A stretch of 62,017 nucleotides of DNA from Lysobacterales bacterium (GTDB taxonomy: Bacteria; Pseudomonadota; Gammaproteobacteria; Xanthomonadales; SZUA-36), in contig JAOUCZ010000001.1 of the NCBI GenBank assembly GCA_029859505.1, positions 1-62,017 of the forward strand, written 5' to 3'. A program made the position numbers and the translations under genes. Every line of letters begins with the position of its first letter. Within the stretch, counting starts at the first letter, position 1. Of this stretch, positions 1 to 10,948 are shown one piece after another. Below the pieces are notes generated by a model. That model was not told the origin of the DNA. It saw only the letters and a program-made list of their open reading frames with translations, and made no database searches.

Positions 1-309
1 AAATAACTGGCGTTCATTATGTTCATTACCCGCACTATCGAAAGACAGTCCTCCATTGAATTCAACAAACTTGTCTCCATAAGCATGAAAAGAGATAAGC
101 TGATCCATAAATTCGCCATCATATCCATGTCCGGCTCCGGCAATTATGCTTCCTGCAATCGCCCCAAAGGTTTCTAAGACCTCCGCTTGTGCTTCTGGAT
201 AAGTTTGGTTAGTTACAGAATTATTGTCAGATTCCGTAGATGCGACAACGTTTGTCGTCAAAACAAATAACACGTAAAACGAAACCAGTAATAATCTAAT
301 TGCTTTCAT
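1..309 (-). CDS. hypothetical secreted protein (partial, runs off left edge)
   Basis: Hand translation of the minus strand from ATG at 309-307 gives MKAIRLLLVSFYVLFVLTTNVVASTESDNN..., open to position 1. The N-terminus looks like a signal peptide. A GAGGAG Shine-Dalgarno lies about 8-10 nt upstream. It is absent from the ORF track because it is truncated. Confidence 0.55.
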   Translation of the reverse strand, partial: MKAIRLLLVSFYVLFVLTTNVVASTESDNNSVTNQTYPEAQAEVLETFGAIAGSIIAGAGHGYDGEFMDQLISFHAYGDKFVEFNGGLSFDSAGNEHNERQLF

Positions 310-602
310 AATCAAGTCTCCTCTCTCTATATTGCAAACTTACGTTTAGCCCTTCTCTTCTCTGGAAACCATGCTTCGCGGCAGGTCTTCATTCTGGGGC
401 CGGTCCCACGGAACTGCTGTTACAGAACCCGCGCTAAGGTACATTTTAGGTAATCGTTAAAAAAACTGAATGATCAGAACGCAATAATTTGCTGACAATT
501 TGCTGATAAAAACTCTGAACACCCGTAACAACGTAAATTTGTGACATTGGCTGTAGTCTTGAACGGATTCGCCTGAATTAGGAATAAATGTAGACAGATT
601 TG

Positions 603-1103
603 ATGATATACGCATTTTCTGACTTAACACTGGACCTGAACCGGCACCTGCTAACTTGTGGCATACAGCAAACAGGCACTGGCCTTACTCAGACAAGTCT
701 GATTCAGCGGCCTCCCGAGTAAATCTCAACTTGAAAAGAGCAGGCCCTTGGTGAGCAGGTAAAAACACAAGCCCTGATAGACGAACTGATCTCAATCCTT
801 GAGGCCAATCCAACAGTGACTTACCACGATTCTGCAATTCATGATACGTCGGTCTACGCGTTGTCAGGGCAAGACAAAATCGCGATTACGACCCTAGAGC
901 AGTGGGTGAACCGGGGAGGTGCAACCTCATTGTTGCAGCAACACATCAGGCATGGACTAGACGTGCTTCAGGATGAACCGCGATACCAGTCAATCCTTTA
1001 TACCGTAAATAAGCGCTTAAGCGAGCAAAAGGCCAACCTTAGCCGTTGGGAAGCTAGCGGTGAAATGCCTCCCCTTCCCAGAGAAGTAACTGATCCACGG
1101 TAG
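603..1103 (+). pseudogene. remnant of a CadC/OmpR-type winged-helix (Trans_reg_C-like) regulator, interrupted by in-frame TAA (720-722) and TGA (732-734)
   Basis: It is one reading frame. ATG 603 gives MIYAFSDLTLDLNRHLLTCG, matching the Y-x-F-x-D-x-x-L-D start of the domain. After the two stops the frame stays open to 1103. That part reads ..TLEQWVNRGGATSLLQQHIRHGLDVLQDEPRYQSILYTVNKR, matching the W / I..LR..L / PRYI.TV.KR end of the domain. The track ORF 816..1103 is the distal part. Confidence 0.35.
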
Positions 1104-1256
1104 CGATTTTCCTATTCCTGGCCGATTTCCGCTCAACAAAATACCTGTGAAACAAGTGACGGTAACGAAATTGATTGTCCATAAACCATGTAGTTCACCT
1201 ACGGGCTCTCAAAGGTATGAAACCGGATGGTAGTTTTTGGTGCAACCAGGCAAAGA

Positions 1257-1282
1257 AAAGCCCGCTTCGGTGGGCTATTTTC
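1257..1282. terminator. stem-loop, possible bidirectional terminator downstream of the acyl-CoA synthetase gene
   Basis: aaaAGCCCGCttcgGTGGGCTatttt forms a 7-bp stem (one G-U) with loop TTCG. It is followed by a T-run on the plus strand and by cttttctttg on the minus strand. Confidence 0.5.
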
Positions 1283-1470
1283 CACTCATCAAGTGCCCCC
1301 TTCTGACCAGATCCAGTTATAAACATAGCTGAAATATGAGCGTTATGAATCGCTGCTTTGTCGTGATAGGCAGACGATTAATCCGACGTTACTTGACACT
1401 GTTTGTGAGATCAGATTTCAGATATCAAACAGAACCGTACTTCCTGTACATAACCGAAGCAACCAGACAC

Positions 1471-3138
1471 TTACAACTTGCTAATCGTCTGCTCACGCAT
1501 CTTGAATTTCTGAATCTTGCCGGTCACTGTCATTGGAAATTCATCGACAATGACAAAATGCTTCGGCACCTTGTAGTAGGCAATCTGTTCATTACAGTAC
1601 TGCCGTATTTCATCGGCATCCGCTGTTTCGCCATCATTCAGCCTGATCCAGGCAACAACAGCCTCACCATACTTTTCATCCGGTATGCCAAAAACAGCCG
1701 CCTCCTGAATTTTTGGATGCTGGAACAGGTACTCCTCGATCTCACGCGGGTAAATATTTTCACCACCACGGATGATCATGTCCTTCACCCGCCCGACGAT
1801 ATCGCAATAGCCTTCCTCATCGATAATAGCGAGGTCACCGGTATGCATCCAGCCCGCCTTGTCGATATCTTTTTTGGTTTTATCATCTTCACCCCAGTAA
1901 CCCAGCATGACGCTGTAACCGCGGGTACAAAGTTCTCCCGAGGTTCCCCGGGGAACCACGTGGCCATGTTCGTCGACGATTTTGACCTGAACATGCGGGT
2001 GAATGCGTCCAACCGTTGCGACACGTTTTTCAAGCGGATCATTGGTCGCACTTTGAAAACTGACCGGACTCGTCTCTGTCATACCGTAGGCAATGGTCAC
2101 CTGGGACATGTTCATTTTGGTGATGACCTTGCGCATGACTTCAATCGGGCAGGGTGCGCCGGCCATGATACCGGTCCTCAGGTGACTGAGGTCAAAGTTA
2201 TCGAAATCCGGATGCTCCAGTTCCGCAATAAACATGGTCGGTACACCATGCAGGGCTGTACAGGCTTCTTCACTCACCGCTTCAAGCACGGCGAGTGGTT
2301 CAAATGCCTCGGAGGGAAAGACCATTGTCGAGCCATGACTGACACTTGCCAACACACCCAGCACCATACCAAAGCAGTGGTAAAGGGGCACCGGAATGCA
2401 AAGGCGATCCTGCGGGGTAAAACCCATTGCCTCACCCGTAAAGAAACCATTATTCAGAACGTTAAAGTGTGTCAGGGTTGCGCCTTTGGGTAGTCCGGTT
2501 GTACCGCTGGTGAACTGGATATTGATAGCGTCATCAGGTTGGTTCAAAAGCGCCCGCGCTCTCAACTGATCGGCTGCATCTGCAGGGGCCATGGCCGCGA
2601 CTTCATCAAAACGGAACATACCGGCAACCGGTTTATCACCGATAACAATCAATGAACGAAGAGCAGGCAATGCAGAAAGATTTAATTGCCCAGGTACTGA
2701 CGTTTTGATGGCAGGAGCGATATCAAGCAATACATTGATGTAATGACTGCTTTTGAACTCGGGGGCCAGGATAAGTGCCTTACAGTCCACCTTGTTGAGC
2801 GTGTATATCAATTCGGCTTTGCGATAGGCAGGATTGATATTGACAAGGATCAGACCTGCCCTGGCCGTGGCGAACTGTGCAATTACCCATTCGATATTAT
2901 TGGGCGACCAGATACCAATTCGGTCACCTCTTTGTAGATCCAATGCCAGCAAACCGGCAGCAAACACATCAATCGCCGCAGCAAGCTGCCGGTAAGACCA
3001 GCGGATGCCCTGGTGACGTACAACAATGGCTTCATTTTCACCCCACTGTTCAACCGCATGGTCAAAGGCATCGCCAATCGTCTGGTAAATAAGAGGGTGA
3101 TCACTGGTACCACAGACAAAGCTCATACTTGATTTCAC
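1471..3138 (-). CDS. AMP-dependent acyl-CoA synthetase/ligase (fatty-acid-CoA ligase family)
   Basis: 555 aa with the AMP-binding signature [15 protein letters not shown], plus YGMTETS and GWMHTGD..D.DGY..I.GR.KD motifs. The GTG start at 3138 overlaps the upstream stop (GTGA), with AAGGA about 9 nt upstream. Confidence 0.9.
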   Translation of the reverse strand: MKSSMSFVCGTSDHPLIYQTIGDAFDHAVEQWGENEAIVVRHQGIRWSYRQLAAAIDVFAAGLLALDLQRGDRIGIWSPNNIEWVIAQFATARAGLILVNINPAYRKAELIYTLNKVDCKALILAPEFKSSHYINVLLDIAPAIKTSVPGQLNLSALPALRSLIVIGDKPVAGMFRFDEVAAMAPADAADQLRARALLNQPDDAINIQFTSGTTGLPKGATLTHFNVLNNGFFTGEAMGFTPQDRLCIPVPLYHCFGMVLGVLASVSHGSTMVFPSEAFEPLAVLEAVSEEACTALHGVPTMFIAELEHPDFDNFDLSHLRTGIMAGAPCPIEVMRKVITKMNMSQVTIAYGMTETSPVSFQSATNDPLEKRVATVGRIHPHVQVKIVDEHGHVVPRGTSGELCTRGYSVMLGYWGEDDKTKKDIDKAGWMHTGDLAIIDEEGYCDIVGRVKDMIIRGGENIYPREIEEYLFQHPKIQEAAVFGIPDEKYGEAVVAWIRLNDGETADADEIRQYCNEQIAYYKVPKHFVIVDEFPMTVTGKIQKFKMREQTISKL

Positions 3139-4274
3139 TGTAGATTTTCCTTTGATAAGTTCCCGAGAACGTTAGCGGAAGCACCCCATTCCTTCAGAAC
3201 CTGGTACAGGTTAGACTGCACAGGGCCCGCTGCGCTGCCTATTTCTGATGCGGTGCGTGAGAATCTCGGAGCCGGTGCGGGCTGGGTAATGCCGTCGATA
3301 CTGACAAAAGTTTTACGCGCTTCGATATGCGGATGCGAAGTAACCTCCGACATATCCAGAATGGGTGTGCAACAGGTTTCTGTGTCTTCGAGAATCTCGC
3401 ACCATTCGTCACGTGTCCTTGCCCCGAACACCGTCTGCAATTGCTGTCTAACCGTGTCCCATTGTGACTGATCATGCTGACTGGCCGGATCGATATCATC
3501 CAGGCCGAGCACATTGAGTAAATTTCTGTAGAAACGGTTTTCAATCGGGGCAACAGCGATATAGCGATCATCTTTGGTCCGGTATGCTGTATAAAACGGC
3601 GCACCGCCATCAAGCATATTGCTGCCACGTTCATCCTTCCAGGCACCTGCAGCCCTGAAGCCCCAAATGGAGGACATCTGTGAAGCAGCACCGTCAACCA
3701 TTGCCGAATCAACCACCTGACCCTTGCCTGATTTTGAGGCCTCCAGCATGGCAGACAACATGCCGATCACCAGGTAGGCCCCGCCGCCACCCATATCGCC
3801 CACCAGGTTCAGTGGGTAAACAGGACTACCACCCTTCTCACCAATACCGGCATATACGCCGGAAAGTGCGATGAAGTTTGCATCGTGACCGATCGTTTCC
3901 GCCAATGGACCATGCTGCCCCCAACCGGTCATGCGGCCATAGACAAGTTTCGGGTTGCGGGCCATGCAGATATCCGGCCCCAAACCAAGGCGCTCCATCA
4001 CACCCGGGCGAAAGCCCTCAAAAATTGCATCCGCATCCTCACACAGATCCAGAACCAGCTGCACGCCCTGTTGTGTCTTAAGGTCCACTCCAATTAGCGG
4101 GCGACTGCGATTCATCAGGTTAAAACGTGCATCCGCTGCAAAAATGGCATCACCCTGAGCCGGGCGCTCGATTCGCACCACACTGGCACCCATATCTGCC
4201 AATAGCATGCCAGCAAACTGACCGGGGCCAATTCCGGCTATTTCTATTATCTTGAAGCCTTCCAGCGGACCCAT
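3135..4274 (-). CDS. CoA-transferase family III protein, alpha-methylacyl-CoA racemase-like
   Basis: 379 aa. [63 protein letters not shown] and [12 protein letters not shown] closely resemble MCR/CaiB-BaiF proteins as I remember them. AGGAGG SD precedes the ATG. Confidence 0.88.
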   Translation of the reverse strand: MGPLEGFKIIEIAGIGPGQFAGMLLADMGASVVRIERPAQGDAIFAADARFNLMNRSRPLIGVDLKTQQGVQLVLDLCEDADAIFEGFRPGVMERLGLGPDICMARNPKLVYGRMTGWGQHGPLAETIGHDANFIALSGVYAGIGEKGGSPVYPLNLVGDMGGGGAYLVIGMLSAMLEASKSGKGQVVDSAMVDGAASQMSSIWGFRAAGAWKDERGSNMLDGGAPFYTAYRTKDDRYIAVAPIENRFYRNLLNVLGLDDIDPASQHDQSQWDTVRQQLQTVFGARTRDEWCEILEDTETCCTPILDMSEVTSHPHIEARKTFVSIDGITQPAPAPRFSRTASEIGSAAGPVQSNLYQVLKEWGASANVLGNLSKENLQ

Positions 4275-4432
4275 GGGTGGTTAAACCTCCTGGTGAAAAG
4301 CCGGTTTTGATCGACTTTAATGGTCAATTTACAGGCTCACTTTGTCCAGAAATGGAACCGGTTACCTTCAATGAGTGTTAGGATTCCACATCACAGATAT
4401 TTTACCTTTTTCACGAGTTTGAAGCTTTAAAT

Positions 4433-6286
4433 ATGAAACCATTAAGATCCGATACCACTACCAGCGGTGACAGCGCAGCAGCCTCACGTTCACTGTGGCG
4501 CGCCACCGGGATGCAAAGCGGCGATTTTGGCAAACCCATCATTGCCATCGCCAATTCCTTTACTCAGTTCGTACCCGGTCATGTGCACCTGCAAAATGTT
4601 GGCAGCCTGGTCGCCAGTGAAATCAAAGCCGCCGGCGGGGTATCCAAGGAATTCAATACCATCGCCGTGGATGACGGTATTGCAATGGGACATGACGGGA
4701 TGTTGTATTCCCTGCCAAGCCGCGACCTGATTGCCGACAGTGTTGAATACATGGTCAATGCCCATTGTGCAGATGCGCTGGTATGTATTTCCAACTGCGA
4801 CAAGATCACACCCGGGATGTTGATGGCCGCCTTACGTCTCAATATTCCTGTAGTTTTTGTCTCGGGTGGACCGATGGAAGCCGGTCGCCTGGAAAATGAC
4901 GGAAAACCGTTACTCCGTGTTGACCTGACCGATGCTTTTTCCGGAGCGGTGAATATGGACGCCTATCCAGGCAGCAGCCTGGAGGATGTGGAAGATAGCG
5001 CCTGCCCGACCTGCGGCAGTTGTTCAGGTATGTTCACGGCCAATTCGATGAACTGCCTGACCGAGGCCCTGGGTCTTTCCCTTCCCGGTAATGGCTCCTT
5101 ACTCGCTACTCACCGTGATCGCGGGGCATTGTTTCTCGAAGCCGGCCGCCTGATCGTTGAACTGGCCAACCGCTATTACCGTGAGGATGACGACTCTGTA
5201 CTGCCAAGATCAATCGCCAATTTCGACGCCTTCAGCAACGCGATGGCGGTCGATATTGCAATGGGTGGTTCAACCAACACCATTTTGCACCTGCTCGCTG
5301 CCGCCCAGGAGGCAGAGGTAGATTTCAATATGTCACATATTGATGCCATGTCGAAACGTATTCCCCATCTGTGCAAGGTCTCACCCTCAACCCACGATTA
5401 CTTCATGGAGGACGTGCACCGTGCTGGTGGCATGATGTCCGTAATGGGTGAGTTGGAGAAAGCCGGACTGCTCAATGCCAATGTCAATATGGTGCACAGT
5501 GCGAGTCTGGGTGAAGCACTGACCAAATGGGATATCGGCAGAACCGATAATGCTGATGCCAAGCGGCTGTTTACCGCAGCACCTGGTGGTATACGCACGG
5601 TAAAACCATTCTCCCAGGATAATCACTGGGAACTTGATCTCGATCGAACTGGTGGCTGTATTCGTGATTTTGATCATGCCTACAGCTCAGAAGGTGGTCT
5701 TGCCGTCCTTTATGGCAATATCGCTGAAAAGGGCTGTATCGTTAAAACCGCTGCAGTAGCAGAGTCAATGTACGAGTTCAGTGGCAAGGCCCGGGTATTT
5801 GAGGAAATGGAAGTTGCCAATGAGGCTATTCTGGCTGACCAGATCAATCCAGGAGATATTGTGATTATCCGCTATGAAGGTCCCCGTGGCGGACCGGGTA
5901 TGCAGGAAATGCTGGGGCCCACGATGGCAATAAAATCCAAGGGTCTCGGCGAATCATGTGCATTGATAACCGACGGTCGGTTTTCCGGCGCGACAGGTGG
6001 ACTCTCCATCGGTCATGTCTCACCTGAAGCAGCCAGCGGTGGCTTGATTGCCCTGGTAGAGGAAGGTGATACGATCAGTATTGATATTCCCGCACGCAGC
6101 ATTAACCTGGAGGTTGATCCGGCAGAGCTTAACGCCCGGCGTAAAGTCATTGAGGCCAGCGGAGCTTACCGCCCGGCAGCACCACGCAGGAGACGGGTCA
6201 GCCAGGCACTGCGAGCCTATGCCGTCTTCGCCAGCAGTGCGGACCAGGGTGGTGTTCGTGACCTGAGCAAGGTGGAAGGGTCCTGA
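4433..6286 (+). CDS. ilvD: dihydroxy-acid dehydratase
   Basis: 617 aa. [83 protein letters not shown] is near-colinear with E. coli IlvD. Confidence 0.97.
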   Translation: MKPLRSDTTTSGDSAAASRSLWRATGMQSGDFGKPIIAIANSFTQFVPGHVHLQNVGSLVASEIKAAGGVSKEFNTIAVDDGIAMGHDGMLYSLPSRDLIADSVEYMVNAHCADALVCISNCDKITPGMLMAALRLNIPVVFVSGGPMEAGRLENDGKPLLRVDLTDAFSGAVNMDAYPGSSLEDVEDSACPTCGSCSGMFTANSMNCLTEALGLSLPGNGSLLATHRDRGALFLEAGRLIVELANRYYREDDDSVLPRSIANFDAFSNAMAVDIAMGGSTNTILHLLAAAQEAEVDFNMSHIDAMSKRIPHLCKVSPSTHDYFMEDVHRAGGMMSVMGELEKAGLLNANVNMVHSASLGEALTKWDIGRTDNADAKRLFTAAPGGIRTVKPFSQDNHWELDLDRTGGCIRDFDHAYSSEGGLAVLYGNIAEKGCIVKTAAVAESMYEFSGKARVFEEMEVANEAILADQINPGDIVIIRYEGPRGGPGMQEMLGPTMAIKSKGLGESCALITDGRFSGATGGLSIGHVSPEAASGGLIALVEEGDTISIDIPARSINLEVDPAELNARRKVIEASGAYRPAAPRRRRVSQALRAYAVFASSADQGGVRDLSKVEGS

Positions 6287-6323
6287 TCACTGACCACCAC
6301 TGATTCAAAAAGGATAATTACCC

Positions 6324-7469
6324 GTGGCCAATCTCGATAAAGTACTCAATATCGAAGACCTTCGGAAAATAGCCCGAAAGAAGCTGCCGAAACCGCTTTT
6401 CAATTACATTGATGGCGGCGCTGACGATGAAACCAATGTATGCGGCAATACACATGCCTTCGACAGTGCGAGGCTGGTACCGGAATACCTGGTTGACGTG
6501 GCCAAAATAGACACCACCACAAAGGTGCTTGGCCGCGAGATTTCGATGCCGCTCTTCCTGGCACCCACTGGAATGACCCGCCTGTTTCACCACGATGGTG
6601 AAACTGCGGTTTCTAAAGCAGCAGCAGCGGCCGGCACCTATTATTCCTTGTCCACTGTTGGTGCGACCAGTATTGAAGACGTGGCCGCAGTCTGCGATGG
6701 GCCAAAGTCTTTCCAGATATACGTGATGAAAGATCGCGGTATTACACGTGAATTTATTCAGCGCTGCAAAGACGCGAACTACGACTCGTTGATGCTAACC
6801 GTGGACATACCGGTTGCGGGTAACAGGGAACGTGAACTGCGTTACGGTTTCAGTATGCCGCCTAAACTCAACCTCGCCGGGATCGCTGGTTTCGCTGCCA
6901 GGCCTGGCTGGGTTTATCGCGCCCTCACCCATCCCAAGGCCATTTTGGCCAACGTGGCCCATAAGATTCCCGAGGGAAGTTCGCAGAGTACATCGTTAAT
7001 TGAGTACATCGCCAGCCAGTTCGATCCGTCAGTCACCTGGGATGACCTTGAGTGGATGATATCTGAATGGGGAGGCCCATTTGCCATCAAGGGTATATTG
7101 TCGGCATCCGATGCCCGCAAAGCAGTGGACCGGGGTGTTACGGCAGTCATGGTTTCCAATCACGGCGGTCGTCAACTCGATGGCGCGCTATCAGCCTTTG
7201 ATGCTCTCCACCCGATTGTCGACGAAGTAGGTGGCGAGTGTGAAATCATCTGTGACGGCGGTATCCGTCGCGGCACGCATGTTTTGAAAGCGCTGGCTAG
7301 CGGTGCAACGGCCTGCTCGATGGGACGGCCTTACCTTTTTGGTCTGGCCGCCGGTGGCCAGGAAGGGGTGAGCAAGGTGATAGAACTACTGCGCGCTGAA
7401 ATTGTAAGAGGTATGGGGCTGATTGGCTGCCGGAGTATCAGCGAGATTGGTTCGAAACATATCGCTTAA
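6324..7469 (+). CDS. FMN-dependent alpha-hydroxy-acid dehydrogenase/oxidase (L-lactate dehydrogenase-like)
   Basis: 381 aa with GTG start and AAGGA SD. Motifs are SNHGGRQLD, DGGIRRG.HVLKALA.GA and LFNYIDGGADDE. Confidence 0.85.
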   Translation: MANLDKVLNIEDLRKIARKKLPKPLFNYIDGGADDETNVCGNTHAFDSARLVPEYLVDVAKIDTTTKVLGREISMPLFLAPTGMTRLFHHDGETAVSKAAAAAGTYYSLSTVGATSIEDVAAVCDGPKSFQIYVMKDRGITREFIQRCKDANYDSLMLTVDIPVAGNRERELRYGFSMPPKLNLAGIAGFAARPGWVYRALTHPKAILANVAHKIPEGSSQSTSLIEYIASQFDPSVTWDDLEWMISEWGGPFAIKGILSASDARKAVDRGVTAVMVSNHGGRQLDGALSAFDALHPIVDEVGGECEIICDGGIRRGTHVLKALASGATACSMGRPYLFGLAAGGQEGVSKVIELLRAEIVRGMGLIGCRSISEIGSKHIA

Positions 7470-7632
7470 CACCGTTTAATGGTGTGTACGCTGTGACGCA
7501 CCGTTTGTCCCAGCCAATGAAAACCGCGTGGGTAACGGCCCAGGCCGCCCTCTCGACGGGTACCCCGCAGCCCAGGCTGGCCTTTCGATGGGTTCCCCGT
7601 CTCACCTTCTCTAACCTTGCAAGTTACCCACC

Positions 7633-8418
7633 CTACAGTTCTGTTTTTAACTCTGTCAGTTTGTCTTTAATTACTGAGGCATTTGCGCTGCCCATGCGTA
7701 CCAGCATCTTTTGCCCGGCCGTCATGGCTTCCAGTTCCTCATCCTGGTAAAGGTATACGGCCTCGTATTTGGTCAGGAGAACAGGGCCTGGTACGTCAGG
7801 TGTTTGCAGCAGGTTGTCAATCACCTCGACCAAGCGGTCATTAAATGATCCTGTGCCACCATTCTTCTCCCAGGCCTGCTGAAAGAGAGGATGATAACGA
7901 CCATAAAGTTTCATCAGTGTTTCTGCATCCAGACTCTGCAGTAAAGCAATATACGGTTCATACCGGGCGTAGTTCTGTGCACTTAAAACCGTGCCTTCGT
8001 CTTCGGTTAAGAACTTCCCTTCTAGCGGTTTTATCGGATTGATGTGAACCGGCACCTGGCGGGAAGTGAGGCTGTCGATGGAGGCAACCAGTCTGCTTAT
8101 CACCTGGTCCATGACCAGGTATTGAGCCAGGTCTCCGGGGCCTGCAATGTCAGCCAGTGCCTGTGTAAACTCAGGGTCGCTTTCGTTCAATACCGGCAAT
8201 GGCACCGGTGGTATTTCAGGTTCAGGTTCCGTTTCGGGCACGGAGTAGACTTCTTCAATTTCTGTTGGTGATGGTGTCTGTTGTACCGGAGCGGGTGGCG
8301 CTGAAGTTATCTGCGGTGGGGGTAACTCACTTACAGGATCCGGTGGCCTCATGAATGAGTACCAGGCTGCACCTGCGAACAGGAGGACGAGCAAAAGGAT
8401 GGGAATGACTTTTTTCAT
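7633..8418 (-). CDS. membrane-anchored hypothetical protein with Pro-rich linker (DUF3014-like from memory)
   Basis: 261 aa. N-terminal TM segment MKKVIPILLLVLLFAGAAWY, then a Pro/Glu-rich linker (PPPQITSAPPAPVQQTPSP..EPEPEIPPVPLP), then a conserved-looking C-terminal domain. Confidence 0.6.
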   Translation of the reverse strand: MKKVIPILLLVLLFAGAAWYSFMRPPDPVSELPPPQITSAPPAPVQQTPSPTEIEEVYSVPETEPEPEIPPVPLPVLNESDPEFTQALADIAGPGDLAQYLVMDQVISRLVASIDSLTSRQVPVHINPIKPLEGKFLTEDEGTVLSAQNYARYEPYIALLQSLDAETLMKLYGRYHPLFQQAWEKNGGTGSFNDRLVEVIDNLLQTPDVPGPVLLTKYEAVYLYQDEELEAMTAGQKMLVRMGSANASVIKDKLTELKTEL

Positions 8419-8581
8419 GATGACCTACCGGTGGACAAACTAAATAGTTATTGAGGTAAGACCCCTGCTAAAAAACACAGTTCAATTTATCCTGATCAAT
8501 TATAACTCTTGCACCATTACACAGGTCTGGTATATTGCGTTTCCTTTAAAATCACAGTCATACGAATCGGAAGCAGCACCC

Positions 8582-9655
8582 ATGACCAGCGCCAAGTTAC
8601 CCAAATTTAGAACCTTCACAACCCTTTTCTTTATTTCTGCACTTCTGGCGGTTCCGGTAATGGCAGTGGCAGATACCGTTTTGATCGAAACCCCCTTGGG
8701 CAGCATCGAAATTGAGTTGCTGAAGGATGACGCCCCTAAGACGGTTGAAAACTTCCTGCGCTATTTAGAAAGTGGCAAATACACCGCATCGTTTATACAC
8801 CGTAGCGAGCCGGGCTTTATTATCCAGGGCGGTGGTTTTACATTTAGTGGATCTAACCCATCCGGCATCATTCCTTTCGCGTCGGTCGAAAATGAATTCA
8901 AGCTTTCCAATACACGCGGAACCGTAGCCATGGCAAAAGTTGGCAACGCCCCTGACAGTGCTACCAGCCAGTGGTTTATCAACCTCGCTGACAACTCAGA
9001 TAATCTGGATAATCAGAATGGCGGATTTACCGTTTTCGCGCGAGTCATTGGTAACGGTATGGCAGTGGCTGATGCCATTAACCAGTTACCAGTACTTGGT
9101 GCAGCCGGCGATTTTACTGAAATGCCGGTCATCGACTATAACGGTGGGCCGATCATTACAACCGACAACCTGGTAATGACAGCGCTTACTCATAATGCAG
9201 ACCCGGTTGATCCACAAGCATTCGCGATGAACGCAGGCATGAATGATGCATGGTACAACCCTCTCACCGATGGCCAGGGATTTTTCATCACGGTATTTCC
9301 CGAGCTTAACAAGGTCACTCTGGCCTGGTTCACCTACGATACAAGCTTGCCTCCGGTTGATGCGAGTGCCGACCTGGGTTCTCCCGGACACCGTTGGCTG
9401 ACGGCGCTTGGCGACATAAACGGTGACAAGTCTGTAATGGATATCACTATTGCTTCAGGCGGTCTGTTCGATACCGAAACCGAAGTCCAGCCTGTGGACT
9501 ACACTGACGGTGGCACAATTACCTTGTCTTTTTCGAACTGTAACTCGGGTATGATTGACTACGATATTCCTTCAATCGGTCGACAGGGAAGCGTCCCGAT
9601 TGAGCGTGTTGCCAATGACAATGCAGCCTTGTGTGAGGCCTTGCTGGGAGAGTAA
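8582..9655 (+). CDS. secreted cyclophilin-type peptidyl-prolyl cis-trans isomerase with about 150-aa C-terminal extension
   Basis: 357 aa with a signal peptide (LFFISALLAVPVMAVA). Cyclophilin core: GSIEIELLKDDAPKTVENFLRYL, FHR..PGFIIQGGGF, GTVAMAK.G..DSATSQWFINL. Confidence 0.85.
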   Translation: MTSAKLPKFRTFTTLFFISALLAVPVMAVADTVLIETPLGSIEIELLKDDAPKTVENFLRYLESGKYTASFIHRSEPGFIIQGGGFTFSGSNPSGIIPFASVENEFKLSNTRGTVAMAKVGNAPDSATSQWFINLADNSDNLDNQNGGFTVFARVIGNGMAVADAINQLPVLGAAGDFTEMPVIDYNGGPIITTDNLVMTALTHNADPVDPQAFAMNAGMNDAWYNPLTDGQGFFITVFPELNKVTLAWFTYDTSLPPVDASADLGSPGHRWLTALGDINGDKSVMDITIASGGLFDTETEVQPVDYTDGGTITLSFSNCNSGMIDYDIPSIGRQGSVPIERVANDNAALCEALLGE

Positions 9656-9661
9656 CCACCG

Positions 9662-10819
9662 GTGCAGATATCTGCACACCATCGAAATTGGCCAGTACGA
9701 TGTATCATCGTACTGGCCGCCAGTTTTAGCCTCAACGGCTGGGGCCAACAGCTTCCCACAGAAAGCCCAGACATTTATAACCGGATATGGGCCCTGCCCG
9801 TACTCTATGACAACCCGGACAATTCAGTCGTACAGTCTTTCTCCCTGATTGGCCGCTATCACGGTCAGTACTGGAGCGTGGATGCCAGCCAGGGAACTGC
9901 CGCTGACTGGGAAAACCGCCGTAAAATTGTTGGCTTCAGTTCCAAGTGGTTTCAAAACTTCACCGTGCAGGCGCAAATGTTTTTGCGCAACGACGGCGAC
10001 TCGCTTTATGGCGGCCTGTACGAGGGGTTTATCAAGTGGTCGCCGGAAGAATTCAACTTTTCCCTGAGTATTGGCCGTCTTGACTACCTCTTTACCGGGT
10101 TTGAGCGCAGTAAGTCCTCAAAAAAAATCAATGCCATAGAGCGGGGACTGCTGGTGAACCAGGTGATGCCGGCAGAAGTGGTGGGGGCACACTTGCGGGG
10201 TAAAAAGGGTCGCTTCTCCTACCATGCCGGTTGGTTCAGCCGCAGCATCGAGGAGGAGTTCGATGATTTTCACAGCGGTTCAGCAGCCGTCGCCGGCATC
10301 GCTTACGATACGGCGCTATTCTTTGAAAAGGGCAGTCTGCATCTCGATTACCTGCACAACCCCGGGGGATCAGAGGGTAATGCTTTCAGACCTTATCGCC
10401 ACGTGGCTTCGCTTTGGCACAAGGGTGAAAGCGGACGTCTGGAAGTGGGTACAGATCTGACAATAGCCGAACCGCTTGAAGCCGGTGGCCATGTATTCGG
10501 CCTGACCATCGAACCAAGCTGGATGCTGACCAAAGAATTATTTGGCAATCAGGACCCACTACAAGTCGTCATGCGTTACCAGTACGCTACAAGCAGCAGG
10601 GATAACGGACTGGTGTTGCAACGTCGATATGAGCAAAAGGTCACCGAGGGCGAAGGTAACGACTATCACGCGGTATACACCGGTCTCAATTATTTCCTAT
10701 ACGGCCACAAACTCAAGCTAATGGCAGGCGGCGAGTACGCCCATATGAAAGATGATGCAGATGATGGAGGTAAATATAGCGGCTGGACCTGGTTCGGTGC
10801 GATAAGGCTGTATTTCTAG
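9662..10819 (+). CDS. putative outer-membrane porin (beta-barrel, possibly OprO/P-like)
   Basis: 385 aa with GTG start and a signal-like N-terminus. It shows an alternating beta-strand pattern and a C-terminal ..GAIRLYF ending in Phe, typical of OM barrels. The family assignment is tentative. Confidence 0.55.
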   Translation: MQISAHHRNWPVRCIIVLAASFSLNGWGQQLPTESPDIYNRIWALPVLYDNPDNSVVQSFSLIGRYHGQYWSVDASQGTAADWENRRKIVGFSSKWFQNFTVQAQMFLRNDGDSLYGGLYEGFIKWSPEEFNFSLSIGRLDYLFTGFERSKSSKKINAIERGLLVNQVMPAEVVGAHLRGKKGRFSYHAGWFSRSIEEEFDDFHSGSAAVAGIAYDTALFFEKGSLHLDYLHNPGGSEGNAFRPYRHVASLWHKGESGRLEVGTDLTIAEPLEAGGHVFGLTIEPSWMLTKELFGNQDPLQVVMRYQYATSSRDNGLVLQRRYEQKVTEGEGNDYHAVYTGLNYFLYGHKLKLMAGGEYAHMKDDADDGGKYSGWTWFGAIRLYF

Positions 10820-10847
10820 GGGAAAAACACTGCCAAGCAAAGGCTGC

Positions 10848-10926
10848 GTCATCCCCGCGAAAGCGGGGATGACTTACTGGAAATGCAGTGCCCGACCGAA
10901 GAGGTCCCCGCTTTCGCGGGGATGAC
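10848..10926. repeat. inverted pair of REP-like palindromic elements (GTCATCCCCGCGAAAGCGGGGA core)
   Basis: Copy 1 (10848-10873) is gtcatccccgc-gaaa-gcggggatgac, a perfect 11-bp stem with a GAAA loop. Copy 2 (10903-10926) is the same 22-mer in reverse orientation (ggtccccgctttcgcggggatgac). The pair sits between convergent genes. Confidence 0.65.
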
Positions 10927-10948
10927 GTAGTTTTTGTCTGGTACTTGT

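Noticed and set aside
1336-2493. 385-aa plus-strand ORF
   Set aside because: It lies entirely antisense to the well-supported acyl-CoA synthetase gene and has no motifs, only His/Arg/Cys-rich composition typical of a shadow frame.
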